Shown in pieces: positions 13,853-25,300 of a stretch of 64,000 nt of DNA (position 1 is its first letter; every line of letters starts with the position of its first letter). Source of the stretch: Sphagnum compactum. Lineage: Eukaryota. Made by a program: the position numbers and the translations under genes. The notes beneath the pieces were generated by a model, which worked only from the letters and a program-made list of their open reading frames with translations, did no database searches and was not told the DNA's origin. The stretch covers positions 22,434,213 to 22,498,212 of the forward strand of contig OZ234493.1 in NCBI GenBank assembly GCA_965153455.1, in the 5' to 3' direction.

Positions 13853-14632
13853 AGTGCAAAGCAAAAACCATTACTAAAACCTCTCTTTTTATTGTGGTAT
13901 AATTATGTTTTGCTCTATTCAAAAGCCTAGAAACATACACTATTAGTTGATCACTCTTCCCTATTACATTCTGAGACATCATGCCCCCCACAACTAATAA
14001 GGATGCATCTGTATGAACATGAAACTTCACTTGCTAATTTGGTGATATCAATATTGGTGCTTCGATATTCTTATGTTTGATCAATTCCCAAGCCTTCTAA
14101 TATTCTTTTGTCCAAAGAAAAATCTTTGTCTTTTTAGTTAGTTTAGTGATAGGTGCCATAATAGCAACAAAGTTTTTGATAAAACATCTATAAAATTATG
14201 CCATCCCATTGAATATTTGAATCTATTGCGGATTGTTGGGTGTTGGCATTTTTACTATTGCTTATATATTCTTTGGATCTAGAAGTTTCCCTTCTTTGGA
14301 AACAATAAAACCCAAGATCATCCTTAAAAATATCATAAATGCACATTTGTCTGGATTCAAACTAATGTCATATTCTTTGCACTTTTGAAAACATAATATG
14401 AATTATTGCAGATGACTCTCCATATCACTATACACTATAAAATCATATAGGAATATCTTCATAAAAATGTCCAAATATTTTCTGAATGTTTTAGTAACAT
14501 CTCTCTAATATGTTGGAGGTCCATTTTTCATTCCAAATGGCATCACCTTCCATATAAAAGCCCCCTAGTTTGTAACAAATGCAATCTTGTATCTGTCCTC
14601 TCGAGTTATAAAGATTTGATGATATCTTGAGC
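13853..14632 (-). mobile_element. Ty3/gypsy reverse transcriptase-RNase H remnant
   Basis: One frame with stops: RYHQIFITREDRYKIAF...VMPFGMKNGP...IFLYDFIVYS...LNPDKCAF...FYRCFIKNF...APILISP...FHVHTDAS...NYTTIKREVL. Confidence 0.9.
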
Positions 14633-15065
14633 TGGAGTGGATCTACATCGATCCTCAATGAGATGGTGTAAATCTTCATCCATTAGCTCCATTAAAATCA
14701 TATTTTTTTGACCCTTATTCTTACCCTGATCCTTACCTTTCCCCTTTCCCTTATTGTTTTCTTCCTCTTGTGGCTTACCAACAAAGAAGCCTAATAGCTG
14801 GACGATGTTGGGATGGAAAAGTCCTGCAAGGTTATTCACCTCTTGGTGCAACCCACTGATCTCACTTGTTTCTATGATTTTGACTGCGATTTTGCATCCA
14901 AGCCAGTGTGCCTCGTGCACCAACCCATAAGCCCCCTTCCCCATCTGTTTCCCAAGCATAATTTTTCGTCTTTCTATTCGTAGATTGAGAGGGAATTCGT
15001 CCCCTGATGGTGTTCCCTTGAGCTTATCGATTACCATTGGCAGATCCTTTACTAAATCTTGCTCC
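14633..15065 (-). pseudogene. Truncated protein kinase (N-lobe only; TKL/Raf-like)
   Basis: GKGAYG glycine loop, IAVK lysine, HQEV alpha-C helix, HPNIVQLLG, MELMDEDL hinge; ends abruptly in gypsy RT sequence before HRD/DFG. Confidence 0.85.
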
Positions 15066-15069
15066 TTCC

Positions 15070-15745
15070 GAAAAAGTCTTTGCACTTGGCAAGGTTTGTG
15101 AATGTTGTTGATTGACAACTAACAATGGTGAAGCAAGTGATGTTTGCAATGCTAAAAATGGAATCACAATAGTAAACACACTCGTGCACCTTACATTGAT
15201 ATTTGTTGAGGATGACAATCCCAAACACTAGTTGGAGGAGCGACCTTATTAGAATCACTATGTATTTTTTAAAGCGTTGGTCATGTAAAGGAATGAATTG
15301 GATGTCTTTGAATGATGATGTGAAATCGACAATTGATGGAACATTAACATTGAGGAGTCCAAACATTGCTCCTCATTGTGGTGATGTTTATGGCTATGCT
15401 GCTTATTATGTTTGACGAAGTGGGTGCACACCTAATTTGAATTTGGGTCTAAGCAAACACTGCAATCCTTGCATAATAGCAAGCACATGCCATCATTACT
15501 GTTGAGAACAATGAGACCATCATTAAGGAGTAGGTTTGGTCTTTGGTAGGTGGGTGGGTCAATCAACATACCCAAAGACAATTGTATACTATAAAGTTTT
15601 TGCATGGTCATTAGGGTGTTGACTGACATTATGTAAGAGCTTTGAAGCCTTGCACAATGTGCTCTAGCATGACATTGAAGAATATCACCATGGGAAAATG
15701 TCATGAAGCAATTGTCGATGGGACAATGGAATCTGCCATTTGATG
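15070..15745 (-). pseudogene. Decayed Cys/His-rich coding fragment with a canonical C2H2 zinc finger
   Basis: FHCPIDNCFMTFSHGDILQCHARAH (15731-15657) matches F-x-C-x4-C-x3-F-x5-L-x2-H-x3-H; further Cys clusters LLCKDCSVCL, YQCKVHECVY and PCQVQRLF are broken by stops and frameshifts. Confidence 0.55.
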
Positions 15746-16239
15746 ATCAATTGATAATGGCACAGTTGTTGGAAGTTACAACTCAATAGAATGCTTGGTT
15801 AAATTATCGGTGATGTCCATGCTATGTATTATCAAAGTCCAAATCACATTGGACATAAGTGAAGCAAGCCATACAACGATGTTTCGAGAAATGTTGATTC
15901 ATTATTTTTTTCTTTTCAGGTGTGTTAAATGATGCAACATGTGAATTCATTACAAGAAATATTGTAATATATAACCATTCAATTTATAATTACACGCAAC
16001 TACATGCATTTCATTTACAATTATGTTTTATCATTTTTACAACTAGTCACCATTTTTTAAAATTTACAACTATTTTTGTGACTATGGTATGACACATCCT
16101 TCCATATTAACTAGTTTTTTGGATTTTTCATCCAAGAATAGACTCCTACCTTCATTAGTTGCAAAATTAAGTGCAATTTGGTTACTTATTATGGTGTGTT
16201 TATACATTTAATGTACATTAGGGTTTTGTGGACTACATT

Positions 16240-17546
16240 AAGAATATATTATACATATTTTATTAAAGGTATACTAAACATATATTTGCCCATATTATGG
16301 GCATATTGGATCGAAAATTTTTCATTTTGATTTTTTATGGTTCATTAAAAAATATACAATTTTTATTAAGGTATGATTATGTTACAATATCAAGGTCTTA
16401 TTAATATGACATAATTGTTGTATTAAAAATTATATATTGATAATTATTATTATCAAATAATTTATAGTTGATTTAAATTATGAAAAAAATAATTTAAATT
16501 AATAATTTAATTATATTTTAAATAATACCAAATAATCAAGTAACCAATTACTATTTATTAGTTACTTTTTAAAATCGTTAATTAATTAGACATTAAATTG
16601 TAAATTGATACAATAATCAATCATTATTCATGAATTATTCATATTATTTATCTCATAACTCAAAAAATATAAAATATAGAAAGTTAAATAAAAAATCTAA
16701 TTTCTATCAAAAAATCAATAAGTTTCTAAATAAATAATCTATATTTATTATTTATCAATGAATGATTTGTCAATAATTTATTAACTATTATGTAATATTT
16801 AGTGACAATGAAATAAATAATTATTTTGAATAATTAATCGAATAAATTAAATGTTTTTACAAATTATTCAGATAAAAATCTGATTATTCCTTACTTAATT
16901 AATCTTGAAATATATTATTATTTTTGAAATATCTTAATAATCCAATTTAATTAATTAATCAAAAGTTATAGTCAATAAGTAGAATGGCTACTAATTAGTA
17001 AATATTGAGTCAGCCAATGAATAATAAATAATAAATTCTTCACAAATTAAATTATCTACTTACTGTTAATGATTAATTAAAAATGATTTCATATTTACTT
17101 AATAAGTTAGTAAATTCACAATATATAATTTTTGTATAATAATTAAATTTTTAATCAAGTAATATTTCTTAAATATGAATTAATAATTTTTTAATAATTA
17201 TTAAACCATGTGATACTTAATATTTATTATAAATAATTAGTAAATAATAATTAGTTAAAAGCTAGTTAGTTATAATATAAAACCTAAATAATGATTCAAG
17301 AGTTAAATTATTTAATTAATATTAATGGTTTATTAAAAATGATTCAATATCTACTAATTAAGTTAATAAGTTAGAAGTTTAATAATTTACAATTAATATT
17401 CAGGAATTACCAATTATTTGAATTATTTAATAAATTATTTGTTAGATAATCCCTTAATACCTAATCTTTTATTTAATTAATTGATCACAAGCATTTTAAA
17501 AGGTTTATTTTTAGAGGTAAACAAATATTATTTAAGTAATTGAATA

Positions 17547-17580
<34 letters not shown>

Positions 17581-17900
17581 AAGTAATTTCCAAATAATTA
17601 CATATTAAATTTTTTAATGATCAATTCATGATTTGATTAATTAATTAGATATTAAATATTTGTCTTTTGAAATAATTTTTATTATTATTTAATTATTACT
17701 ATGAACTAATTGATTAGTTATTAGAAAGTATGAAATTAAAATGATCAATGTTACTTTTAAATTATTAGAATAGTTATAATATATATATAGTAGGTAGTTT
17801 TGTAAATGGGTGGGTGGGTAGGTAATTAGTTATTAGTTAATCAACTAATTAATTTTTTTTACTTATTTAGTTGTATGATTTACAAAACTATAAATAAATA
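16240..17900. other. Extremely AT-rich low-complexity tract including a (TA)n run at ~17550-17577
   Basis: Very few G/C bases; abundant ATTAAT/TAATTA; no ORFs. Confidence 0.8.
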
Positions 17901-19659
17901 AAAAGCTTGTGGGAGAATCCTTTTTAGTTGTAATTGAATTTGCAACTACAGTGCAACTAAAAGGTTTAACCATATGTTTTGTCTTTTAATGTCCTTTTAC
18001 AAGGTATATAAGAAAAGGTGCCTTTTCTTTTGATTTCACATTTAAAATCCATGTGCTATTTGGGATGAGGTCAAAAAAGCTTAACACTAAAGGCAACACA
18101 TAAAATAAAATAAAATAAAAATATTTACATGGTTACTTTTTAATTGACCTATCTTTCTCTCTTTCCTACTTAGGTAGGTAGGTGGGTAAATAAGTAAGTA
18201 GCTTAAGTAGATATTTTTTATGCACATAGTTTTACCTACCTACCTAGCCAATGTATGTAATTATCTATTTTAATTCAATCAATATGCCACATGTCAACTT
18301 TTTAAAAAGTCACATGTCACAATCTAAATACATCTAAATTGAATAACCATAATGGATGGTTGAGATCAATATTTCAATAAATATTAAATTTTCATCAAAA
18401 ATTATTCCAAATGTTACATGTCAATTTTTCCTTTGTATTTAAATGTCATCATGTTAAATGTTGAAATTGAGCCATGTTGATTTTCCTCCTTATATATTAT
18501 ATAAAATCATTTATTAAAAATTCCAAGTTTTGCCCAAAATTTGATAAGAAAATGTGCTGAAATTTATGGCCATCCGTAATGAATGGCCTAGATTAATATT
18601 TCAATGATAATAAAAGTTTGTTTAAAAATTTGTTATGTTGACAAATGGTAATTAGTGATATGGTTATTTATTAATTGTAAGAGAATGGTTAGTAGTTACA
18701 AATGTTATACAATAGTCAAAGGTTGGAAATGTATATGTTGACCTATACTTCATTCATGGGAAATGTGTTGACATCATGCTAAGTCCTCATTTACAATTAA
18801 AGGTTTAATGTGATTTCACTTATGTAATTAAGGGATTTTTTAATTGCAAAGTTGATTACAATAGTTTTTTAGTCACAAATTGTAATCACAAATTGACATT
18901 TTTTTACTATTGTTTAATGATGTCCAACATTGATTTTGCTTATATGTTTTCCATGGAAAATGCATGAAGCTTGCCTTTCAAGCACATGCAAAAGGTTAGG
19001 GGGTTGGTGGTTAGATTGAGAACCACAAGAAGGAACACCAACAAACCTAAGCTTGTAAATGTAGTAGATGTTTTAACACTTTAACATTCACACATGATTA
19101 GGGCCAACAAAAAAAACTTACTATGAAGTTTCAAAATCTGGGAAATAACATGCAAAAGCTTCACACTTATGTTTAAGTGCAAAGAAGGAAAAATCCATGA
19201 GTGTGCTTATCATAAATTCCATTAATTTCCTCACCCTAAACCCAAATTATTTTAAGGAGGAAAACCCTAGAATGGAGCATGAGTAGAAAAGGATATGAAT
19301 GGTAATAAGGTGTCAATTACACATGTCAACAATTAAAAGGTGCATTCATTTGCCTTCTTGTTGTGTTTTTTTCATTGTGTTCTAGTCATCTCCCATCCAT
19401 TCATACCCATAAACCAATTATTGGCAAAACCATCACTTGACTAATTGTACTAGTTGCAAAACATTTGCATAATGTTTAAAAATGTTAATAAAAGAAGGAT
19501 TGAAAATAACATGATTGGTGGGATCTGATCCTATTTTTTATTTTAAAGGAGGCTTTTGAACAAGAACTAAACCAAATATTGTTATATGTTTTAGGTAAGT
19601 GATCATATGGACATAATCACAAATAGAAGGGAAGATGATGTTGAAGTTAGAAAATTATT

Positions 19660-19785
19660 ATTGAAAACTACTACCAAAAATCACTAATTAGAGATTGTTA
19701 ACAAAAATCACTATTATTGAAAGTCACTACCGAAAATTACTACCAAAAATTGCTACTAGAAATCACTACTAGAAATTGTTATTGC
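19660..19785. repeat. Degenerate ~13-bp minisatellite (AAAATCACTACCR-like)
   Basis: Successive units gaaaactactacc, gaaagtcactacc, gaaaattactacc, aaaaattgctact, agaaatcactact. Confidence 0.6.
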
Positions 19786-21539
19786 AAGAAAAAGATAAAA
19801 GAAGAAACATCACCTTCTACAAGTGGGCCCCATAGGTAAAGCAAGTGGTAGCACATGAACATTCTAAAAGGTCAAAATTCCCATGGTGAAAGTGTTTTGA
19901 ACTTCACACCATCAAACCTCCTCCACCTTGTTTTAGTTTAGATTTTTTAGAGTTTTTTGTCTATTTGCAGGTAGTGGTGTGTTTGCACAACAAAGTGCGT
20001 CATTGTATGGTTGTGGTTTCCAAAACACTAGAAGCCTACAAAACCCCAAAACCTAGAAGCTTCCGCACCATGAAAGGTACCAAGGCACCATTGTTGTCGT
20101 TGTTGAAAAACAAAAGAGGACAAACAAGAAGAAATATAAGAAGAATAAACAAAATAGTAGAAGTAATAGACATTATTCCTCTTCCTCGCATGGTAAATGA
20201 AGAACACTAGATTGTCATTATGGGTCTTATTGTACCATCATAGCCTTCATTTCATGCAATGAAAACACCAAGAAATTAAAATGAAAAAAAAAAGGTTGTG
20301 AACAAAATATTTTCTTCCTCAAAACTGGGAAAAATATCACACTCGTAAGCTAGCTCCTTCAAAGGTAGCTTTCTATCCCTATTTGAAGGGTTTATAATCC
20401 TTCTTACTTTAAAAACATCTAGAAAGCATTCTTGAAACTTTGTTGTGGATATGTCGGTTAGGTTAACCAACACATATTTCAAACGCCCAACACTCATTCC
20501 TCTCGCTATGTCCCTAAATTTCAAAAGCCGATGATATAACAACATTTGACCACCTTCAAAACTTGGGTGTATTCCTGGAACCTCCCATCATCACTTTTTG
20601 TTTCTTTCTTTTGCTCTTCCACAATGGTTCCCCCCACGCTTTGCCATGGCCAGATCCATAACTTTGTTTTTTTTTTTTTCGCCCCTAGAGTTGTGGGCAT
20701 GATAGATGTAAAACCTTTTTTTGCCTTTCATGGAGAGTGAAAAAACTCCAAGCAAAAATATAGACCGAATGTAAAGCATTTCAACCTTGACATTACAAAT
20801 GGTATGCAAGCCTATGAACGTTATGCATACATAGGGCACACACATTGACATGGTCGAGGACATGTGCACTCGACATGCAGCTTATATCTATGTTTTTTCA
20901 CACTACAAAACCAGCCTTTTTATAAGGCTTATTTTTTGTTTGCATTTGCAGAGGAGGAATACGACCCTACCATCGTGTATGAGATTTGGCGCATCTTAAA
21001 AAAACAAAACACCTTATGCCTACATCAAAATTAGGGTTTTTTCAATTTACCACATTAGCTTTCAACCTACCTATCATTTTTTTGACCCAAATAACATAAG
21101 ACAAACTAAGGTGTTAAAAAACTACAAAGTCATATGGAGTCCATTCATAAAAATCACACCGAATGGTTAATAGATTTATTTAAGGAAAAAAACCCATCAC
21201 CAACAAATGGGTTTACAAAACTATGGTAGGAACATATTATCAAGTGGAAAATTTGAAGACTAGATTTAGTAGCCCATGGTTTTGAGGACATAATGACACC
21301 TATCATGAAGTGGGGCACAATCCAATTCATATGGCTTTCATCGCCCAATTATAGTGGAAGATTTGATGTGTAAATAGCAAAATCTAGGAGAAAATGGAAA
21401 GCTATTGGAGGAAATCTTTATGTAACAACCATAAGGTTTCAAATTACAAGGTCAAAAATACAAAGTTGTTTATTTTTGAAAACATGGTATGGTCTAGAAT
21501 AGGCTAAGAGCATGGTATTTATGAATGGATGCATCCTTA

Positions 21540-21945
21540 CACAATAATGGACATACTAGGAATATTGGTCACCATAACCTTTACTTCTCCATTTGTAATA
21601 GTCTATCTCAATTTCATTTTGTATGTTGATGACCTTTTCTTCACAAGTGATAAACATGAGTTGATGTTTCCAGAGGAAACATTAACATATTATTTTGAAA
21701 TGTCTCATTTTGGTATCATGACATTGTGTATAAGGATGCAATTCATATACCTACTAAAAGGAATTCTTATTTTATGATGTTGCCATGCCACAAACATTTT
21801 ACATTACTCCAATGTGTTAAATTGCCATTCTTCAATTACACCTATGAACAAAAGGGTTCAATTTTATATTGACATGGAATCGAAAAAAAATGATCCCACA
21901 AAATACCAACAACTTGTTGGGAATTTCATTTTCCTAATGCACAAA
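21540..21945 (+). mobile_element. Ty1/copia reverse transcriptase remnant (5' part)
   Basis: ILYVDDLFF catalytic motif, FEMSHFG, and YQQLVGNFIFL in shifted frames. Confidence 0.8.
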
Positions 21946-22162
21946 AGGTCAAGTGGGTGTATTCACAATCATAAAAGCCACCTCAAGAGGTGCACAATCC
22001 TTAACATTGTATTTTCATTTATTTGAAATAATGCCATAAGAACACAACAATTTGGAATTTTTTTTTTGGGATAAATTTTATAATTTGTAAAGTTTTAACC
22101 ATAGAAACTTTGTTCAAATTTATGAAATTAAAAAAAAATCTTTTTGTATGTTTTAAGCATTG

Positions 22163-23062
22163 TGATGTGCCCCCAAACTCTTTAAAAGATTGAAATGTGG
22201 GACCCAAAATGAAACAATGGAAAAAGAAAAGGTCGGGGCACATTCCTTCATTTGCAACATTTTTGGAATAGGAGGGTGTGTTGGAGCTTTGAGATGGGAT
22301 TAAGAAGAACTCACAAACGAGTTCAAAATGAAATCAATTTACAGAGTCAAGGCAAGAGGGCGGTTAGTGCAAGTTGAATGTAAATGGTTCGAAAAATTTA
22401 GTAGGGACAACTTCAAGCACAAGTTTTATATGGTTTGTAGCTTTTGGGATGAGGCTCCACTCCCCTCCCTACAGTATATTTTGTGATTATTCGCAGACAT
22501 TTTTTCTCGGGACTTTTAAATGGGAGTCCCAAAATTAGGACTCTTATTGTCTCGAAACTTTGACCATTCATATCTTTGTTAAATCAATAATTTTTTGGCA
22601 CATATGAGGGAAATAGCTTACACCCCTGAAAAAGATCTTTCCAATGGTGTATTGCACTCCCCAATTGGAAATGATTTGACCCCTGTTCTAAAGGGATTTG
22701 TGGTTGGGAGTCAAATTTTCAATTTAACTCTTGGCCCTTTTTTTAGATCATAATTCATGCATTTCAGGTTTAAATGAACAATGCAAGGCCACTTTAGGCA
22801 TCTAAATTTCAAGACCTTTCCAATGGTATCTTGGGGCCCCAATTTGATGCTTGTTTGCCCTTTTAACTAAGGATCTGAATATTCATGACTTCTACGTGAA
22901 TGCAACTCCCAAAGTGGGAGTGCACTTGAAAATCATTGGGCTCAATCTTTTGTATTTTCCCTCATTTGTGAAAGTGTATTTCACTCCCGAACACATTCTC
23001 TTGGGCTTCATGTGCCCTTGCATTGCACACTTAGTTGCAAACTTGATGTTCGGGTTGTGACA
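22163..23062. mobile_element. Solo LTR (900 bp) with 4-bp TSD
   Basis: TG...CA termini (TGATGTGCCCCC ... GGGTTGTGACA) flanked on both sides by ATTG (22159-22162, 23063-23066); no internal coding sequence. Confidence 0.65.
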
Positions 23063-23504
23063 ATTGAGTTGACACTAGTTTGTTCAAGGCCTTAAAATTT
23101 TGAACATGTTTTTTCTCACTAAAACATTCACTGAATGTTCTCAAATTTATTGTGGGCTCTAATATACTTCATAGAAGAGGCACATGTGTTGATCCTTTTA
23201 GGTGCATGTATTGTATTTTGACTTTAAATGTCATTAATGACTAAAATAACTCAAAATTTGTGACCATGGTTAAAATTGAAGTTACAAATTTAATTATAAT
23301 CTAGGACATGATGGAAAAATTTCAAATGTTTATTGTAATATTTCAAATTTCAATTGATTTTTCAGTGCAAAAATTATATTTAAAATACAAATTGATATTT
23401 AATAAACGAATACAAAATAAAGCGACATATAAAACGTAGTCCTTGGAAAGAACTCTGACTTTGGCACCCTTGCTCCTTTGAGCGTGAAAGTAGCTTAGGA
23501 TTGC

Positions 23505-24055
23505 CTACTTGGTCAATGTGGTTGCAAGATTCATGTTGGCACCCCAAGTTGAACATTTCAAACTAGCCAAACACATTTTCAAGTATGCTGGAAGGTTGAT
23601 TGAACATGGGATTCTTTTGAGGCATGAAACAAATGTTATACTCACTGGATACATGGATGTTGATTGGGCAAGAGGCTTAGAGATTCAACAATTAACACTC
23701 GGAATAATTCTTAAATTTTGGTGTACAATGGTGATGTGGAACAACAAGCTACAATCCACAATGGTGTTTTTGAACACAAAAACAGAATGTCATTCACTGT
23801 GTGATGGAGTCAAGTACATCATTTAGCTAAGATATTCACACTCAGAACTTCAATTCCTTACTAGAGAACCACAATAACATTTATAAACAACCAGAGTAGC
23901 ATGAGGCTGGTGGAGAATCTGATATTTCATGCTCACACTAGAAACACAAAAATCCAGTACCATGACATCAGAGACAAATCACAATCCAATGACAAATTAG
24001 TGTGGTTTACATCCCTACAGCCTCCCAACAAGGGGATATTCTGACCAAACCATAA
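23505..24055 (+). mobile_element. Ty1/copia RT end plus RNase H remnant (3' part)
   Basis: VNVVARFM..P...H...AKHIFKY, LTGYMDVDWA, WNNKLQSTM, NQSSMRLVENLIFHAHT...YHDIRDK, ILTKP; continues the RT that stops at ~21945. Confidence 0.85.
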
Positions 24056-24286
24056 GGAACTTAAATTTAAAGAGATGAGAAGGTACTTAAGCAACTAAAT
24101 ACGAACTTAGATTTCAGAGTTTAGTTAACTTATTTAGACATTGTAGTTTCAATGGTGGATCTAGAGTGCTGTTCCAGTGGGCACTGTTAAATTCCTATGC
24201 CTTGGGGGACTCCTCTGTATTTATTCTGTTGCTTGGTCCTCATTGAATCTACCCTAATGTACGCTACTGTTGCTTCATAATACTCC

Positions 24287-24541
24287 TGAATTAAAGTGAA
24301 TAATGAGGTGCATGTATTTGAGGTAGATGATCCAGATCACCCTCAGATGATTGAAGTTCGTGCAGAACTAAAGGGATTGCCAATGGTGAGAGTATGATGC
24401 AGGCTATATGCCACATGTAAATTTCCACAGGATGATGTGGGAGAAGAAAGTTGTTTCATTTGTATCACCATAGCAAGAAATTGGCTAATGCATTTGCGCT
24501 CATGAACACAACTCCTGATTCTCCACTCCAAATTTACATAA
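24287..24541 (+). pseudogene. DYW-domain fragment, inverted relative to the neighbouring PPR-DYW gene
   Basis: IKVNNEVHVFEVDDPDHPQMIEVRAEL...DAGY...HLYHHSKKLANAFALMNTTPDSPLQI aligns with 25700-25445 of the PPR gene; frameshifts; catalytic HSE changed to HSK. Confidence 0.85.
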
Positions 24542-25300
24542 GTCACACATGTAAATGTAAGGAGGCTCCTTGGCTCTTTCTTGCTCCCTTGTGCATCAAC
24601 TGTCACCCTGTTGAATGATGCAAGCCAATTCCAGACAAAACTTGCAAATTAGGGCTGCAATATTGAGCAGGAAAGGAGCATGGTTGATTTATGGATCAAG
24701 TGTATGGTTTGCTTGGATCCCCTGTACCAGTTATTCTCACCAAAGACTTCATTGGGGGTAATTAAACTTCTCCACCAACTGTGCATGGGGATGTAGGAGA
24801 CATCCCATCTTAAAGTATTGGTTCCAATAGTCCATACAGTGCAGTGCAGCTATGGTCTTAAGACAAAAGGTCCAACCAGTAAACTTAAGAAATATTCGAC
24901 AAAGAAAACATCAGATAACATACAAACATCACCTAAAAGCATCATTACAACTTATTAGAGATACAATGATCATTTCAAAACGACGGAGGCCCAAGACTAA
25001 TATGTCCAACGTTTGTTGGTTCACACTTAAAACTGGTCATCAATTTGAAGAGTCTAAATGTTCACTCAGTTTCCAAACTAACTCTGTCCATACATAAGAA
25101 GAAAGAGGGAGCAGACCTAAGTGCTCCAAGATGGCAGAGGCATGACACACAAAATCCTCGGAGGGAGCTCCATGGCCACCTTTCCAGTGGTACCGCATCT
25201 ACTAACAGTGTTGAACTTTGGTCATGATAAAATACCACTAGACATGCTACTGTAAATAAAATGAACTTGATCTAGTGATTGGCAAGTGGGACTAGAGGTA

